Below the pieces are notes generated by a model that worked only from the letters and a program-made list of their open reading frames with translations, was not told where the DNA came from and ran no database searches. From positions 54,498,001-54,562,000 of the forward strand of contig CM060732.1 of assembly GCA_030704615.1 (NCBI GenBank): a stretch of 64,000 nucleotides of DNA, given 5' to 3'. Position 1 is the first letter of the stretch. Every line of letters begins with the position of its first letter. Below, in pieces: positions 1-11,324 of this stretch. The position numbers and the translations under genes were made by a program. This DNA comes from Takakia lepidozioides (Eukaryota > Plantae > Bryophyta).

Positions 1-589
1 TCCCGATGGCTGTCCAAGCAGTTACCCGTTATCTCGTTGGGCGTTCATCCGAACAGGTATGCCATTTGCAGCATTGTGTTGGACAGCTGTTGAGGCTTCT
101 AAGACTATTATTAAACATGTCGATAAAAAATTTCTAGACTATATTAGACGTTGCCTACTGTCGGGGTGAACGTGTGGGCGAAAGTAGGACTATTATTAGA
201 CGTTCAGATCGGGTATATATATGTCTTTGCCTGCAGATGCTCATTCACGACATCTCTCTCGACTCTTTGGTTTCCCTCGAGTGCAGAAGTATCGGTGTCT
301 CTCGTCTCTTTTATTTCCATCGAGTGCAGAAGTGAGAAGTGTTGACCAATGTTTGGACATCTCAATTCTGAAAGCTTTGGAGGAGATTCCTGGGAGTTAA
401 CTCCAGGAAGAGTGAAGATGGGGATAGCAGTGCTTCCCGTCATCTCCGTCAGAGATCGCAGAGATGGTTCTTGCGCGTCTCCCAGTGCGCTCTCTTCTTG
501 CAGCCCAAGCCGTGTGCACGACATGAGCCTAGTGAACCCCGAGTCGATTGGACGATGGAAAGAGGCCGTATGCTAATTTGCAACCTTGT

Positions 590-1152
590 ACGTTGTAGAT
601 GACCACGTGCATGGGACATGTTACAAACTTTTTATGCTCGGCCAATATTCTCTCCAAGTGTACAATTCTGGAACAGTTATGGAACAATTCTGGAACACAG
701 AAGTGGATGGTGCATGAGTTACAGTCACTCTCATGGCTTGATTTATGGTATGCAATGGGATCTTCTATTATCTAGAGCACGACCGTGTAACTGCAGGTCA
801 AAGAGCAGTCAGGTTGATAGCATTTGACATCGAAAAAGGAGAGTTTGAGTTGTTTGTATACTCCATCCTTTGTCAAGAAAAGAGCAAACCAAGGCTTGTT
901 GCTTGCAGGGACAGTCTCTTCATTATCGAGGTTTCATTCCTGGTCTTTGAGAGCATGACCCCTGGTGGGCCAACCAAGTGTCACAATGTGCTCTTTTCTA
1001 TTCACCGGATTAAGAGGCAAGGAGGCCAGTATGTGTGTATATTTGTAACCAAGCTGTCACATGATCTCGGTGATCCGACGAATGTCGATGTTGCCCGAAA
1101 ATTTTGGAAAAGAACTGGCAATGCGCAGCAAAGGATGATTGCATCTGGGTGA
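590..1152 (+). pseudogene. Degenerate F-box-associated (beta-propeller-like) gene remnant
   Basis: Fragments YKLFMLG..LQVYNSGT(QKW), MVCNGIFYYL, LIAFDIEKGEF and PRLVACRDSLFII resemble the C-terminal region of plant F-box proteins. A 22-bp duplication (ACAATTCTGGAACA at 662 and 684) breaks the frame. No F-box motif was located. Confidence 0.35.
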
Positions 1153-2352
1153 AAAACTATTCTTGCTGTGAATGAACATTATGACTCTCTCTTTGCTGGG
1201 TTCCTCATATTGGTCCAAGTTGGAAACAGAGAGCCTTAATACTACTTTTAATGCATGCAGGCCTACCGCTGTGTTTTACTTACAACGTGTACATAATTTA
1301 TCATGGCATTCTTGCATGAAAGAAGGTGGTGTGACCCTTCATATGCTGCCTCTAATTATCACGCCTCTAATCAGCCCTGCAACCGACCATATCTCATAAA
1401 GGTGAAGAGCGCGACCATTCTAGAAAATTGAAAGCTCATCCAGTCAACTATTTACTCTCTGCAGATCCATCACCCACACCATGTTCGTCTCCCTCAGGTT
1501 TCCTGCTCTGATGAAGCCGCAAGACAGGGCTGACTATTTGCTATGTTTGAAAGGCGGCAACCCATCTCGTCTCAAGAGCAAAAGCACAAAGATGAAAGCA
1601 AACATAATAACGAGAACAGTCTTCGGAAGATCGGATTCCACACTTTGTAGTGAAAGACAATCGGAATAATATAACAACTGAATGTACTCGTGCACAATCT
1701 GACGTAACTTTGGCCGGATGCAGGCAGCGTCGGCTCCTCCGTCGGGCCCCCTATCAAATCCTCCCCACCTCCTCTTACTTACCCCGGGTTCTTTATTAGA
1801 ACCACTGTTTTCTGCCAGATTTCCACCTGGAAAGTACATCAGTTACTTGTACAAAGAAATTACCAGGGTTAGAATCCGAAAAATCCTCGGAAAGGCACCT
1901 AATTGTGCCATTGTGGACCTGTTAAAAGGCGCCATCTGTCATATGGCGCCTTTTAGAGGTGCCAGCTCGTTTTCTCACCACGTGGGCGTTGGGTAGAGTA
2001 CACAGGTGGCCCCGCCAGCTACTTTTGAAGAGTGAAGGAAAACACAATGGCCTTAAGTAGACCCGCCCGGTCAAAACGTTAAGAGGGACAGGATTGCAAG
2101 AAACATAACATGAATTTTTGCAGTTGCGACGCGAGTGAAGGAAGAGTGCGGTAATTTTTCAGATGGCAGAGGCCCATCCGAAGGACAATGGACGGTTGAG
2201 GATGGAGTTGAAGGATAAAGATTGAGATTGTTAAGGTCCATGAATGTGCAGAGAGATCGCAGACGAAGAAAGCGCGCTTGCGTGTGGCTGTAGAGCTGCC
2301 CTGCTGTCGCTGCCACCATCTCGGAATTCTGAAGGCAGCTTCACATACTGAA

Positions 2353-2620
2353 CTTGTCCTCTTAGAAATCCGCAGCTGGGTTTCGTGTGACACGTACAGT
2401 GGCTGTCCTCTCAGAAATCCTCAGCTGGGTTTTTGTGTTTCACATGCAGTTGTCGTCCTTGTGGAAATCCGCAGCTGGGTTTCAAGTGTGTCGCATACAG
2501 TAGCGCCCTCTTCAAAATTCGCGTTTAGGTTTTGTGTCTCTGTTCCTCGTCGTAGAAATTCGCACTTGGGTTTTGTGTTTCGCGTACATTAGTCGTCCTC
2601 TGAGATATCTGGAGTTGGGC
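2353..2620. repeat. Imperfect ~50-bp tandem repeat, ~5.5 copies, directly upstream of the PPD4 start codon
   Basis: Units start near 2353, 2401, 2451, 2501 (shortened), 2541 and 2591, with a consensus like GTCCTCttAGAAATCCGCAGCTGGGTTTyGTGT..CaCaTaCAgT. Confidence 0.75.
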
Positions 2621-2644
2621 AGCCGGAATAGGCAGATCGTTGTC

Positions 2645-5375
2645 ATGGCGGCTGTAGCTGGCGGGCTAATTACCCCGCTCATTTCACAGAAAGGAAACAG
2701 TCTTGGCAGGGGCCAGAAGTTAAGTTCGCCATGCCTTCAGTCGTCCAACAGGCTTCCGCAGACCTGTTCTGTGAAGGCCCAGATAGCAACTAACGGTTCA
2801 GGCACGATTCCCTCACTCGAAGAACATAGGGAATCAGACGATCAATCACCTGAGGAAAGCGTTTCATATGTGACCCGGCGAGGAGCTTGTGCAGGTATCG
2901 CTGTGATGGCAGCCTCGCTGGTATCTCTCACCATCAATTCGGAAAATGCTTTTGCGGTGCAGCAGACCCTTTTAGCAGGTCGCATTCCAGGTCTTTCTGA
3001 TCCAGACCAAAATGGTACACTATTCACATCTTTTCAAAACTTGTCTTTTACTCTATCTTGAAGCTCAAACATCAAGGAGGAAACAATTGTTGACTGCTAT
3101 CTCAGACAGAAAACCACACTGATATGCAACCTTCTGCGGTGACATGGACAGAAGAAACTAATGTGAGAAGTCAAACGTTAGTAGTGGTGAAATAACCAGA
3201 GCAGGTCGACCATTCTGAAGACCAGCAATGTCCGCCTCATGATGGGAAACATGGAACAGATTCAAGTCCTCTTTTATTTCATTCGCAGACAGGCTTTCCG
3301 GTTCAGACTAAAGCAGCCAATGAAAAGGCATTGGCGTATTTGTCTCTTTGTCCTATGGTCTCATTGTTCGGATATGCTGTGGAGAGAGGAGCTGCGTGAA
3401 TAATAATGAATTAGCATTCGAAGTTCTAAAGTATTTCGAGATTCCTGATACAGGGCTTCGAACGTACCGAAGGCCTGATGCAAAATCAGGGGGGCACGGC
3501 GTGGGCTGGAGTCCCATGGTCCCCTACTCGTTCAAGGTCCCTCAAGACTGGGAAGAGGTACACTACATGTCTCAGTTCAGTCAATTTGTGACTGAAGACT
3601 GTAATTTATAGTTGCAGCAATGCCCTTGAAAAATTTCAGTGGAGATATTTTGGTTAGGCTTCTGGGTTGCCATGTTTTGATTTCGGAAAACTCCTTGTAT
3701 TGGAGTTATCTGTTGTCAATGCACAAATGTACCTCAAAGATGAACAGCGCATGAGGCATGTTTATGATTCTGCCGCACATGTCAAGTCCCAGGAATTCCA
3801 TACCTTCTTCAATCTGGTTTGCATTACACCTTATGAAGCTCTATGCTGCTTTCATCTTATCACAATCGTTCCAGAGTACATGTTGATACAGAAACTTTCA
3901 TGAGCCAGAACTGAAGTCAGTTGGGTTTACTAGCATTTTTAATTGCAAACTGGCTATACCCACAGGTCACCCGTCACCCTCAGAATAGCATCCTGTGGAA
4001 ACAGCTTTTTGTCTATGTGTGTGTCAAGCAATGTCTAATGAGTACTATGAAAACCTCTGTCCAACCCGGGTGAGAGGTCTATACCTACAATGCTGAAGCA
4101 ATGTCTAATGAGTACATTGACTCTGTCAACACCGGTGATTTCACTCTAACATGGCTACGTGGCCCTAACAGCTCGGGCATTGCATGATCAGGTTCCAGTG
4201 TCAATTGCAGACCTTGGAGGGACGGAGATTGATTTGAGATTCACTAGCCAACAAGAAGGCAACATCAGTGTGGTTGTAGCACCTGTCCTCAGATTTTCGA
4301 GCAGTAAGCACTTCCACAGGGACCATTTCTGCCTCCATCCCTGTTTTTAGGAGCTGCATCTCCACCCCCCTCTCTTCTTCCCAATATAATTGAACAATAC
4401 CTGCTTGTTTCCTTGTCCCTCACTTTGGTTGTTGGCCTTTTATGGTTTCCACTTGACATCTACAATTGTAGGTCACTGTCTAAGTTTTTGTGGACCTTTC
4501 ACTTGTTTTTTGTCCTTCCTCCTGCTGCTCTTTATAGTACAACTCCTTTTTCTATTGTGAATAACATACATTGGGCATTCTTGCAGCTATTGGAGACAAT
4601 GCGACTATTGAAGCAGTTGGGACACCAGAGAAAGTTATTAGTGCATTTGGCCCAGAAATAACTGGCCAGAATGTGGAAGGGAAGGTGAAGGATATGGATG
4701 TCAAGGAGTACAATGGTAGAAAGTACTATCAGTATGAACTGGACCCCCATGTGTTGATTACAGCCACAGCTGCTGGAAACCGACTCTATTTGATGAGTGT
4801 CACTGCCAATGGTAAGTAGAATGTAATCTTTTCTCTCTCTTTGCTGTACTAGCCCCAAAGTAGGCAGTGCCCAAGGCCAATTTTGGTCCTTATTCCAGGA
4901 TGGACTTGTTCATCTGTTTCCCCTCCACCATTAATGGGTATTTAGGAATGAGGAGAGGGGGAACATCATTGATACGCTCATTATGGGACCCCCATGCTAA
5001 ATTTGTCTTGCATTGATTGTGGTGAAACCATTTTGTGGTAGGTCTGACCAGTTTTGCCATGAATCCTGGGTATCACAAAACACTTTTCCCAGGATTCACT
5101 TCTGGGAGCAACCCACAATCCATTTTTACGCATGACTGTCAGTTCCAAAATCTTGTCAACAATGCTATCAAGATTATGGATGAGGGGCTCAACTGGCTCT
5201 CAGAGGAAAACAGTGTTGTTCTACTCATTGGTTACATTGTATGGCACTCGAAGTTGAGACGCTGCTGGCACTGGTGTCACTAAATCCAACGACTGTGTAT
5301 GGCTGTGCAGGTCGACAATGGAAGAAGTTCGCCCCAGATCTGAAACAGATTGTTGACTCATTCAGAGTCGGTTGA
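2645..5375 (+). CDS. PPD4: PsbP domain-containing protein 4, thylakoid lumen. Exons 2645-3014, 3454-3557, 4192-4303, 4587-4811, 5311-5375
   Basis: The spliced GT-AG product contains LLAGRIPGLSDPDQNGLRTYRRPDAKSGGHGVGWSP..VPVSIADLGGTEIDLRF..HVLITATAAGNRLYL..SFRV, characteristic of plant PPD4. It has an N-terminal transit peptide and a twin-arginine (VTRR...AFA) Tat signal. Exon phases are consistent. Confidence 0.93.
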
Positions 5376-7621
5376 GGGTGTCATAATTAAAAGCTAGGCC
5401 ATTTTTGTGTTTGTTTTTTTCTTGTCTGTATTGGCAAAGGATGAGTTATGTAGGGAGAGGAACTTGCCAAATCAACGTGCGTCAATGAGGTATGGCGAAA
5501 GTGGGCACTGTTTGATTAGTTCCAATGAGTGATTGTGTAATGAAATAAAATTGATGTGTACTCTCACAGGGCATTTAGGACAGAGCAAAGTTCACCAGTG
5601 TGGGGTGCATCCCTTACTTGGTCTGCCGCAACAGTGAAGCAGGAGCTATAGTCTGCCATTGTATCCATGAACTGTAACATAGTTTACTCATTATGATGTT
5701 TTTACCAATTCTTGGTCAGTTGGCTCTCAGTTCTGTAAGGTCCTCAGCATCCATCTACATCTTGCTAAGCATGAAACAAAGTTTTCGCCTGCCTCTTCGA
5801 GGAAGAGACAATCTACAATTGTTGAGGAGCATGTTGTGTGTGTTTCAGTGAAAGCCTTGATGTAATGATCAGTCCGATTCCATTCTTTGATTTCCCATAA
5901 GGTTCTGGGCTTTGGTTCAAAAATCGCAGGATGTGTTTTAGGAAATTAAATCAATACACACATGCCCAGGATTGTGGAGGAACTAATGTTGGTAGTTGTG
6001 CATGCAGCCTACTTTTGTCTAAAATTCCATAGTTATTGATGTAGGTATCACATGGTGCAGCTGGAAGAGAAACTTGCCAGCAAACAAGTGCTGCATACTC
6101 CCTCCTACAAAAGTCTGTTTGACCCAAATTGGAGAAGTGATGGAGGGTGAAATTAGAACTGGATATTGACTCTAGGTCAGGGATTCCTTCATCGGGACTA
6201 AGACCGCCAATTGCTCACAACCAACAGTAGGGCTTGCGTTGCCAGAGACGTGGGAGAGAGAACTCAGGCTTGGTTTGAGAACTTCAATCTGTAATGGCTT
6301 GAACAAAGGACCTGCATGCCATGCAGGGGCCGCCAGCCACATCAGACTTTGACATCCCCCGTGCAGCTCCCAGGTGTGAAACCACGGTACATGAAACGCA
6401 GATCTGCTCTTGCAATACGAGGCCTCGAGTATTGGGCAAAACAATCTGCCGCAGTGCCAAAAGGCCCTCAGTTAGCTGGAACAAGATACCATCCAGTGGT
6501 GCCGAAAAATCATGCTGTACCATTTGCATTGACAGTGTGAACAGGACTCCTAGAAAGAATCGTTCCCCATTCAGCTCTGCTTGCTCAACAGAAGGCCTTT
6601 GATTCCTTGGTCCTAGCCGATTGGCAAAACTGAGTTGAATTGAAGTCCGTCAGGCGTCAATGAATTGTGTCTCAACTCCTAATCCTGACACTCGGAGCTA
6701 TATTGTATTTGCTTAGTGGAATAGTGGCAGCTCCTGTCTATCAAAAGATCAGTTAAGGTAATCTCTGGTACAAGGCAGGTGCAGGCTGCTTTTTCTCAGA
6801 GCTGCCTTGGCTGCACTCTTCAGATGAGTAATTCTCTGCCTCTAAAAACTACCTGTTTGAGAATCCCGACCAGGCTGAACCGAGCTTATGGCGACTGGGT
6901 AAGCGGGTGATTTTGTTTATGGTGGGTGGTGGGGATTTATTCAATACATATTATTCCACCACATTGTTCCAATTTGGGAAGCCCATTTCACTTTCCAATT
7001 GGTAAAGATGGATGCAGCTAAACACAGCTGAAAAGAAATTATGGGTATAGGTGGAGTCTCTATTTTGCATAAGAATCGAATCTTAGCCTGGTCCACTGTC
7101 TTTAATAAGAGAGAAGGCCAGCTGATTAAGACTGTGCTTGCCTGGGCTTGCTGGCGATCTTCCCTGCATCCACTTTACATCAGTATAAACAGACTAGGAA
7201 AGATTGAGCTAGAGAGACCGACTTGATGGAGCAGCAGCTTATGTGTGCAGAGTGCTGGAAGTGAGCTTAAAGTATCATGGTCGACATCAATACATTTATT
7301 ACAGGCAGCTTCCAAGGTAGAAGCTTAAAATTGCGCTGTACTATCTTTCCTGATTCTGCCTGTACGTGTGAGGTTCTTGACAGGGAAATTTGAGTTTCTT
7401 TCATGAACTCAATTTCCAGCAGGATGTCTTGACAATATTTGCAGACCCTCCTACTCATCTAAAGTGCCCTCCCCTGTTTCTCCCTGCACCTTTTCTGCCC
7501 CACTAAACAATGTGCCAGCTGTATAGCCACGAGGCTTGGTTGAGAGTTTCACTGACAATCCTCTCTGTTGAAGAAAAGAAAAGAGCCCCTGATATGGGAG
7601 GCTCCAAGAATGAACGGGGAA

Positions 7622-10600
7622 TTACATTTGGTTTTTAGATTGCAACAATTTGGATAGAGTCTCCTGAGCAGCGATGGTATCAGGATGAGCAGGCCTCAGC
7701 ATGACTGTGCGGATGCTGATGCAAGCTCGACACGCCTCCTCTCCGGCATCAAACCTGCCTCCCTTCAGCATCAATTTTGCTTGAGTTTCTAACAACAGCG
7801 CCCTTAATAGTGTGAGGTCTTGCCATACAAAATCATTCACCTGTGGAGATTTAGTGAACAATTGAGGGACCCAAGATTGGCAGCATATGCTAGTCACAGT
7901 GAGCTGTGTTTGTGGAAAAATAGAGTTTTCTGAGCAAGACAAGGGAGTTTCATAAAATGCATAAACGTTCATTTATGCATTCCTTTACAAGTCTTCTAAA
8001 AGCCGCATTCGAAGGATTGGGCATGGGGTTTATCTTCAAACAAGCCATCGTACCTGCTGGTCCCCATTTTTGCCTTGTCGCCAGCATAGCAAATTCCTTG
8101 ACTGATGCACAAATGATTTCTCCATGTCTTCCAACATAGTGTGACACAATCTCAGGAGCTCCAGAGCAGCAAGGCACAGTGAGAAAATATTGAAGGCCTG
8201 TAGAGCAAGAGGCACCACCACTCGCTTGGCAAACATGAGTAAGTCCTTCAAATGCAGTTCCACCATCACTGGGTCGTTTCCAAACTGAAACACGAGGAAA
8301 GACGCAGCCCAGAAATGCTCACAGTGATCAGACACAATTCCCCCTCTACAAATAGCATGCACAACTGCCCTTGCGGCTGGCACACCCCCACGCTTCTGAG
8401 CATACACCTGCACCTCCTTCAATTCTAGATTAGTTCTTGCTTGTGAATACCTTGAGGAAGCAATGCACTGCTGGAGTGAGAAATTCTAGGTCAAATACAC
8501 CCTCTATGTTCAACTAGTGAGAATCCAAACTAATCTACAATCAAGGGTCTGCACTGGCTTGTACAGGGCAGCATCTAAGTCCTTCAGGCCATGATCTCTG
8601 CAGAAACTGCATGTCTCTGACAATTAACCTGCTGGCCAATTGCTGGCAGCCCATATCACAATGTCTACCTCAAAGCAGGCTGTCTCCAGTGATTTATCCG
8701 GTGACAGACAAAAATGTGCACAATATATCTTCTGCACCAGGCAGAGTACTTGGCCCACAGACACACTCATGGCATTTCCTGCAGGGTTAGAGCTTGTGTA
8801 TGAGAGCATGTTTGCCTAGAGTGCCAAGTTGTAATTATCAACCCCAATGCAACTCCTCAAGATTGAGTATTGTGACTGGTGTTGGCCTAGTACCAGAGAG
8901 TTTGTTACGAAAGCAATTGGCTGGTCCTCTCCATATGAAGTTGCAGTACTCACATGGTTCAGATATGAAACTGACCTGTGTAATTTCATGAAATTGCAGG
9001 CAATCTGGTCGCATGCAGCGACGGGCAATGCCATACTTGACCAACAAGGCCCCTGCCTCAGATTCCATCTGTCGTGGCTGGGGTGCTAGACAAGCCCAGA
9101 ACATTGAGGCGCACTTACTCACATGCCCTGCCTCTTGTTGAAACTTGGAAGCAGCCAAAGACAGGAGAGACTGCGGAATGGGGGAGGGTGCAAACCAGCA
9201 GCCAACAAGTGCCATTCGTGTTGCCAGGTGCTTGTGCCCATCAGCTTCACGTAGAAGTCCAAAGCATACATTGAGCAACCTCACTAGGAAAGGGTTATTC
9301 GCTAATAAAGAATTTTCCCTTTTCCCCTTAAGGTCAAATAGTTGTGATGACTTTTCCACTCTCTCCAGCAGCTCTGTGGGGCTTAGCTGGAATTGGGAGA
9401 TAAGCTTACCAACAATGCCAAGACCAAGTGTGAGGTGCCCCAATTTTTCATCAAGTTCTCTGAATTTGTCAATCTCTCCCACAAAAAGATCCTGGTCTTT
9501 GGCTCCCCTCATAAGATACAGGGTTTCAACCTCAGACAGGTAGGACAGCTGTAGAAGCTCCAGGTGCATCACTTGAGGGAGCCGGGTGGTGATCAGGACA
9601 TGCGATGCGCTTCCTTGGAGAGGCAACAGATCGATAATCTCATGCCCATCCCACCAGTCAAGCTCACCTTCCAAATTGTCAATTATCAGCAGGTAAGGCA
9701 CATCTCCCAGTAACTCCTGCCTCACCCTTTGAAAAGCCTCTGCCTCCAATTCATCAAGTGTCCGAACCCGCCCACTCTCTGGTTCCTGACTGTCAGGGCC
9801 CGGGTTCACCCGCAGAAGTTGAAGCAGATTCAGATAATTCTGGCGCAGGTAGCGTGCTTCCCCACCTACCCACAGCACCGTATGGTACTTTTGCAAGTTT
9901 CGATATGCAAATTCCAGTGCAAGCTCTGTTTTGCCGATGCCTGACAACCCAGTTATGCAGACAGCCCCCTGATTGAGGCCAGGAGTCACATCAAACCCAC
10001 TCTGCTGTATCTTGACATCTGCCCGTCTTTCTGGGCTGCGTGTAGCTGTCTCGAGTTTCCGTAAACTGAAAACCTGTCTTTGTCTTTCAATCTCTCTGCT
10101 GTTCTCTACGGTTCGTTCCCTAAGGCTTGTTGTCTTGGCGTCTGTGACATCAGGTTCAAGTGAGTCCACCTCCTTAATGCCACTCTCTCGACGGCCTTTT
10201 CCAACATCCTCTTGGAGAGTGATGTGAACACTCTCTCCATCTTCCTTTTGTGCCAGGGTCTGTAAAACTGCAAGATTTGATTTGTTTGACGGTTCCTGCA
10301 GGCGTCCTTTCACTGCTGGGTCTTGCTCTTGAAATAAGAGTCCTTGCAGTGCCTTGAGCTCTTTCTCCCTTCCCACAAAGCTACCATTTCTTGGAAATGG
10401 GAACTCCTCCCTCCTAAGTCGATCCCAGTGCTCACGTCTCTGCTCGGCACTGCTGCCGCGCCCAAGAACCGATCCCACCACCCCCACGGCTTTCTGGATG
10501 CAATCACGCCAATTGCCATCAAAGGCCTCCAGTCGCCACTCTTCCACTCGCGCTACTGCATCAACTGCCTCTTTCCAATCCTTCTCTGGGCCCTCGTACA

Positions 10601-11324
10601 CTTTCCATAATTCGCCTCCCTCAAGCTCCCACAGCTTCCCACGTTTCTCCACAATATCCCTCACCAAGCAGTCTGCCTGTGCCAAATCAAAGAACACTGG
10701 CACCAAGTTCTTCCGCTCGGAAAAAAAGCGGACCTCTTCTATCGTGTACGGGTTCCGAAACACTCTGCATGATATGATCATGATCCCCAATGTGGCCGAG
10801 TTCATGATCCGCCTCGCAATGCCATGGCTGCGCTGGTCTGAGTAGAGTGATCGATCAGCAGAAAAGCAGACTGCACCCTGCAGCTCCAGCTCTGCATGCA
10901 TCCACTTTGCGAAATGCAGCAGCGCGGGGCTGGTTCCATACACACTGATGAACACATCGCAGCTGCGCGTGGGGGTCGACGATGACGGTGATGCTGACGA
11001 CCGGGCAACCGCGTCATGATGAAGTCGTGATGTTGAGCCTTCCAAGGAGAATGAAAAGGATGCTACCGATGGGTTGTCGAGAGAAATGTTGGAGGCAGGC
11101 TGCAAGGGAGGCGACGGAGTCTGAAAAGAAGACGCAGGACGTGCTGAACTTTGGTGCTGGGGAGAGAGGGGAGTTGATGGCGGAATGGTGAGAGATGGGG
11201 GAAGTGAGATGGAGCGACGTTCAGAAGTGGTCTTTCCTTCAGGGAAAAACGAGGCCTCTGGCAATGCTGGGTTGGAGGGTGTCGCTCCAGTGGGCTCAGC
11301 CACCAGTGGCGAACGGTTTTTCAT
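7622..11324 (-). CDS. TIR-NB-ARC-like-TPR (TNP/XTNX family) protein. Exons 11324-8976, 8407-8054, 7840-7622
   Basis: S/P-rich N-terminus, TIR domain (SCDVFIS...NPYTIEEVRFF), FPFPRNGSFVGREKEL, P-loop GLSGIGKT, Walker B YLLIIDNLE, and a C-terminal TPR-like end (CISIRTVML..HPDTIAAQETL) typical of TNPs. GT-AG introns are in phase 0. Confidence 0.9.

Noticed and set aside
100-335. Short direct repeats (GACTATTATTAGACGTT, TCGAGTGCAGAAGT)
   Set aside because: Two or three irregular copies; ordinary local duplication.
1923-1990. Helitron 3' terminal hairpin
   Set aside because: No CTRR terminus at the expected distance on either strand.
2353-2620. Possible CRISPR-like array
   Set aside because: Units are degenerate along their whole length, with no identical repeats or unique spacers; no cas genes; eukaryotic context.
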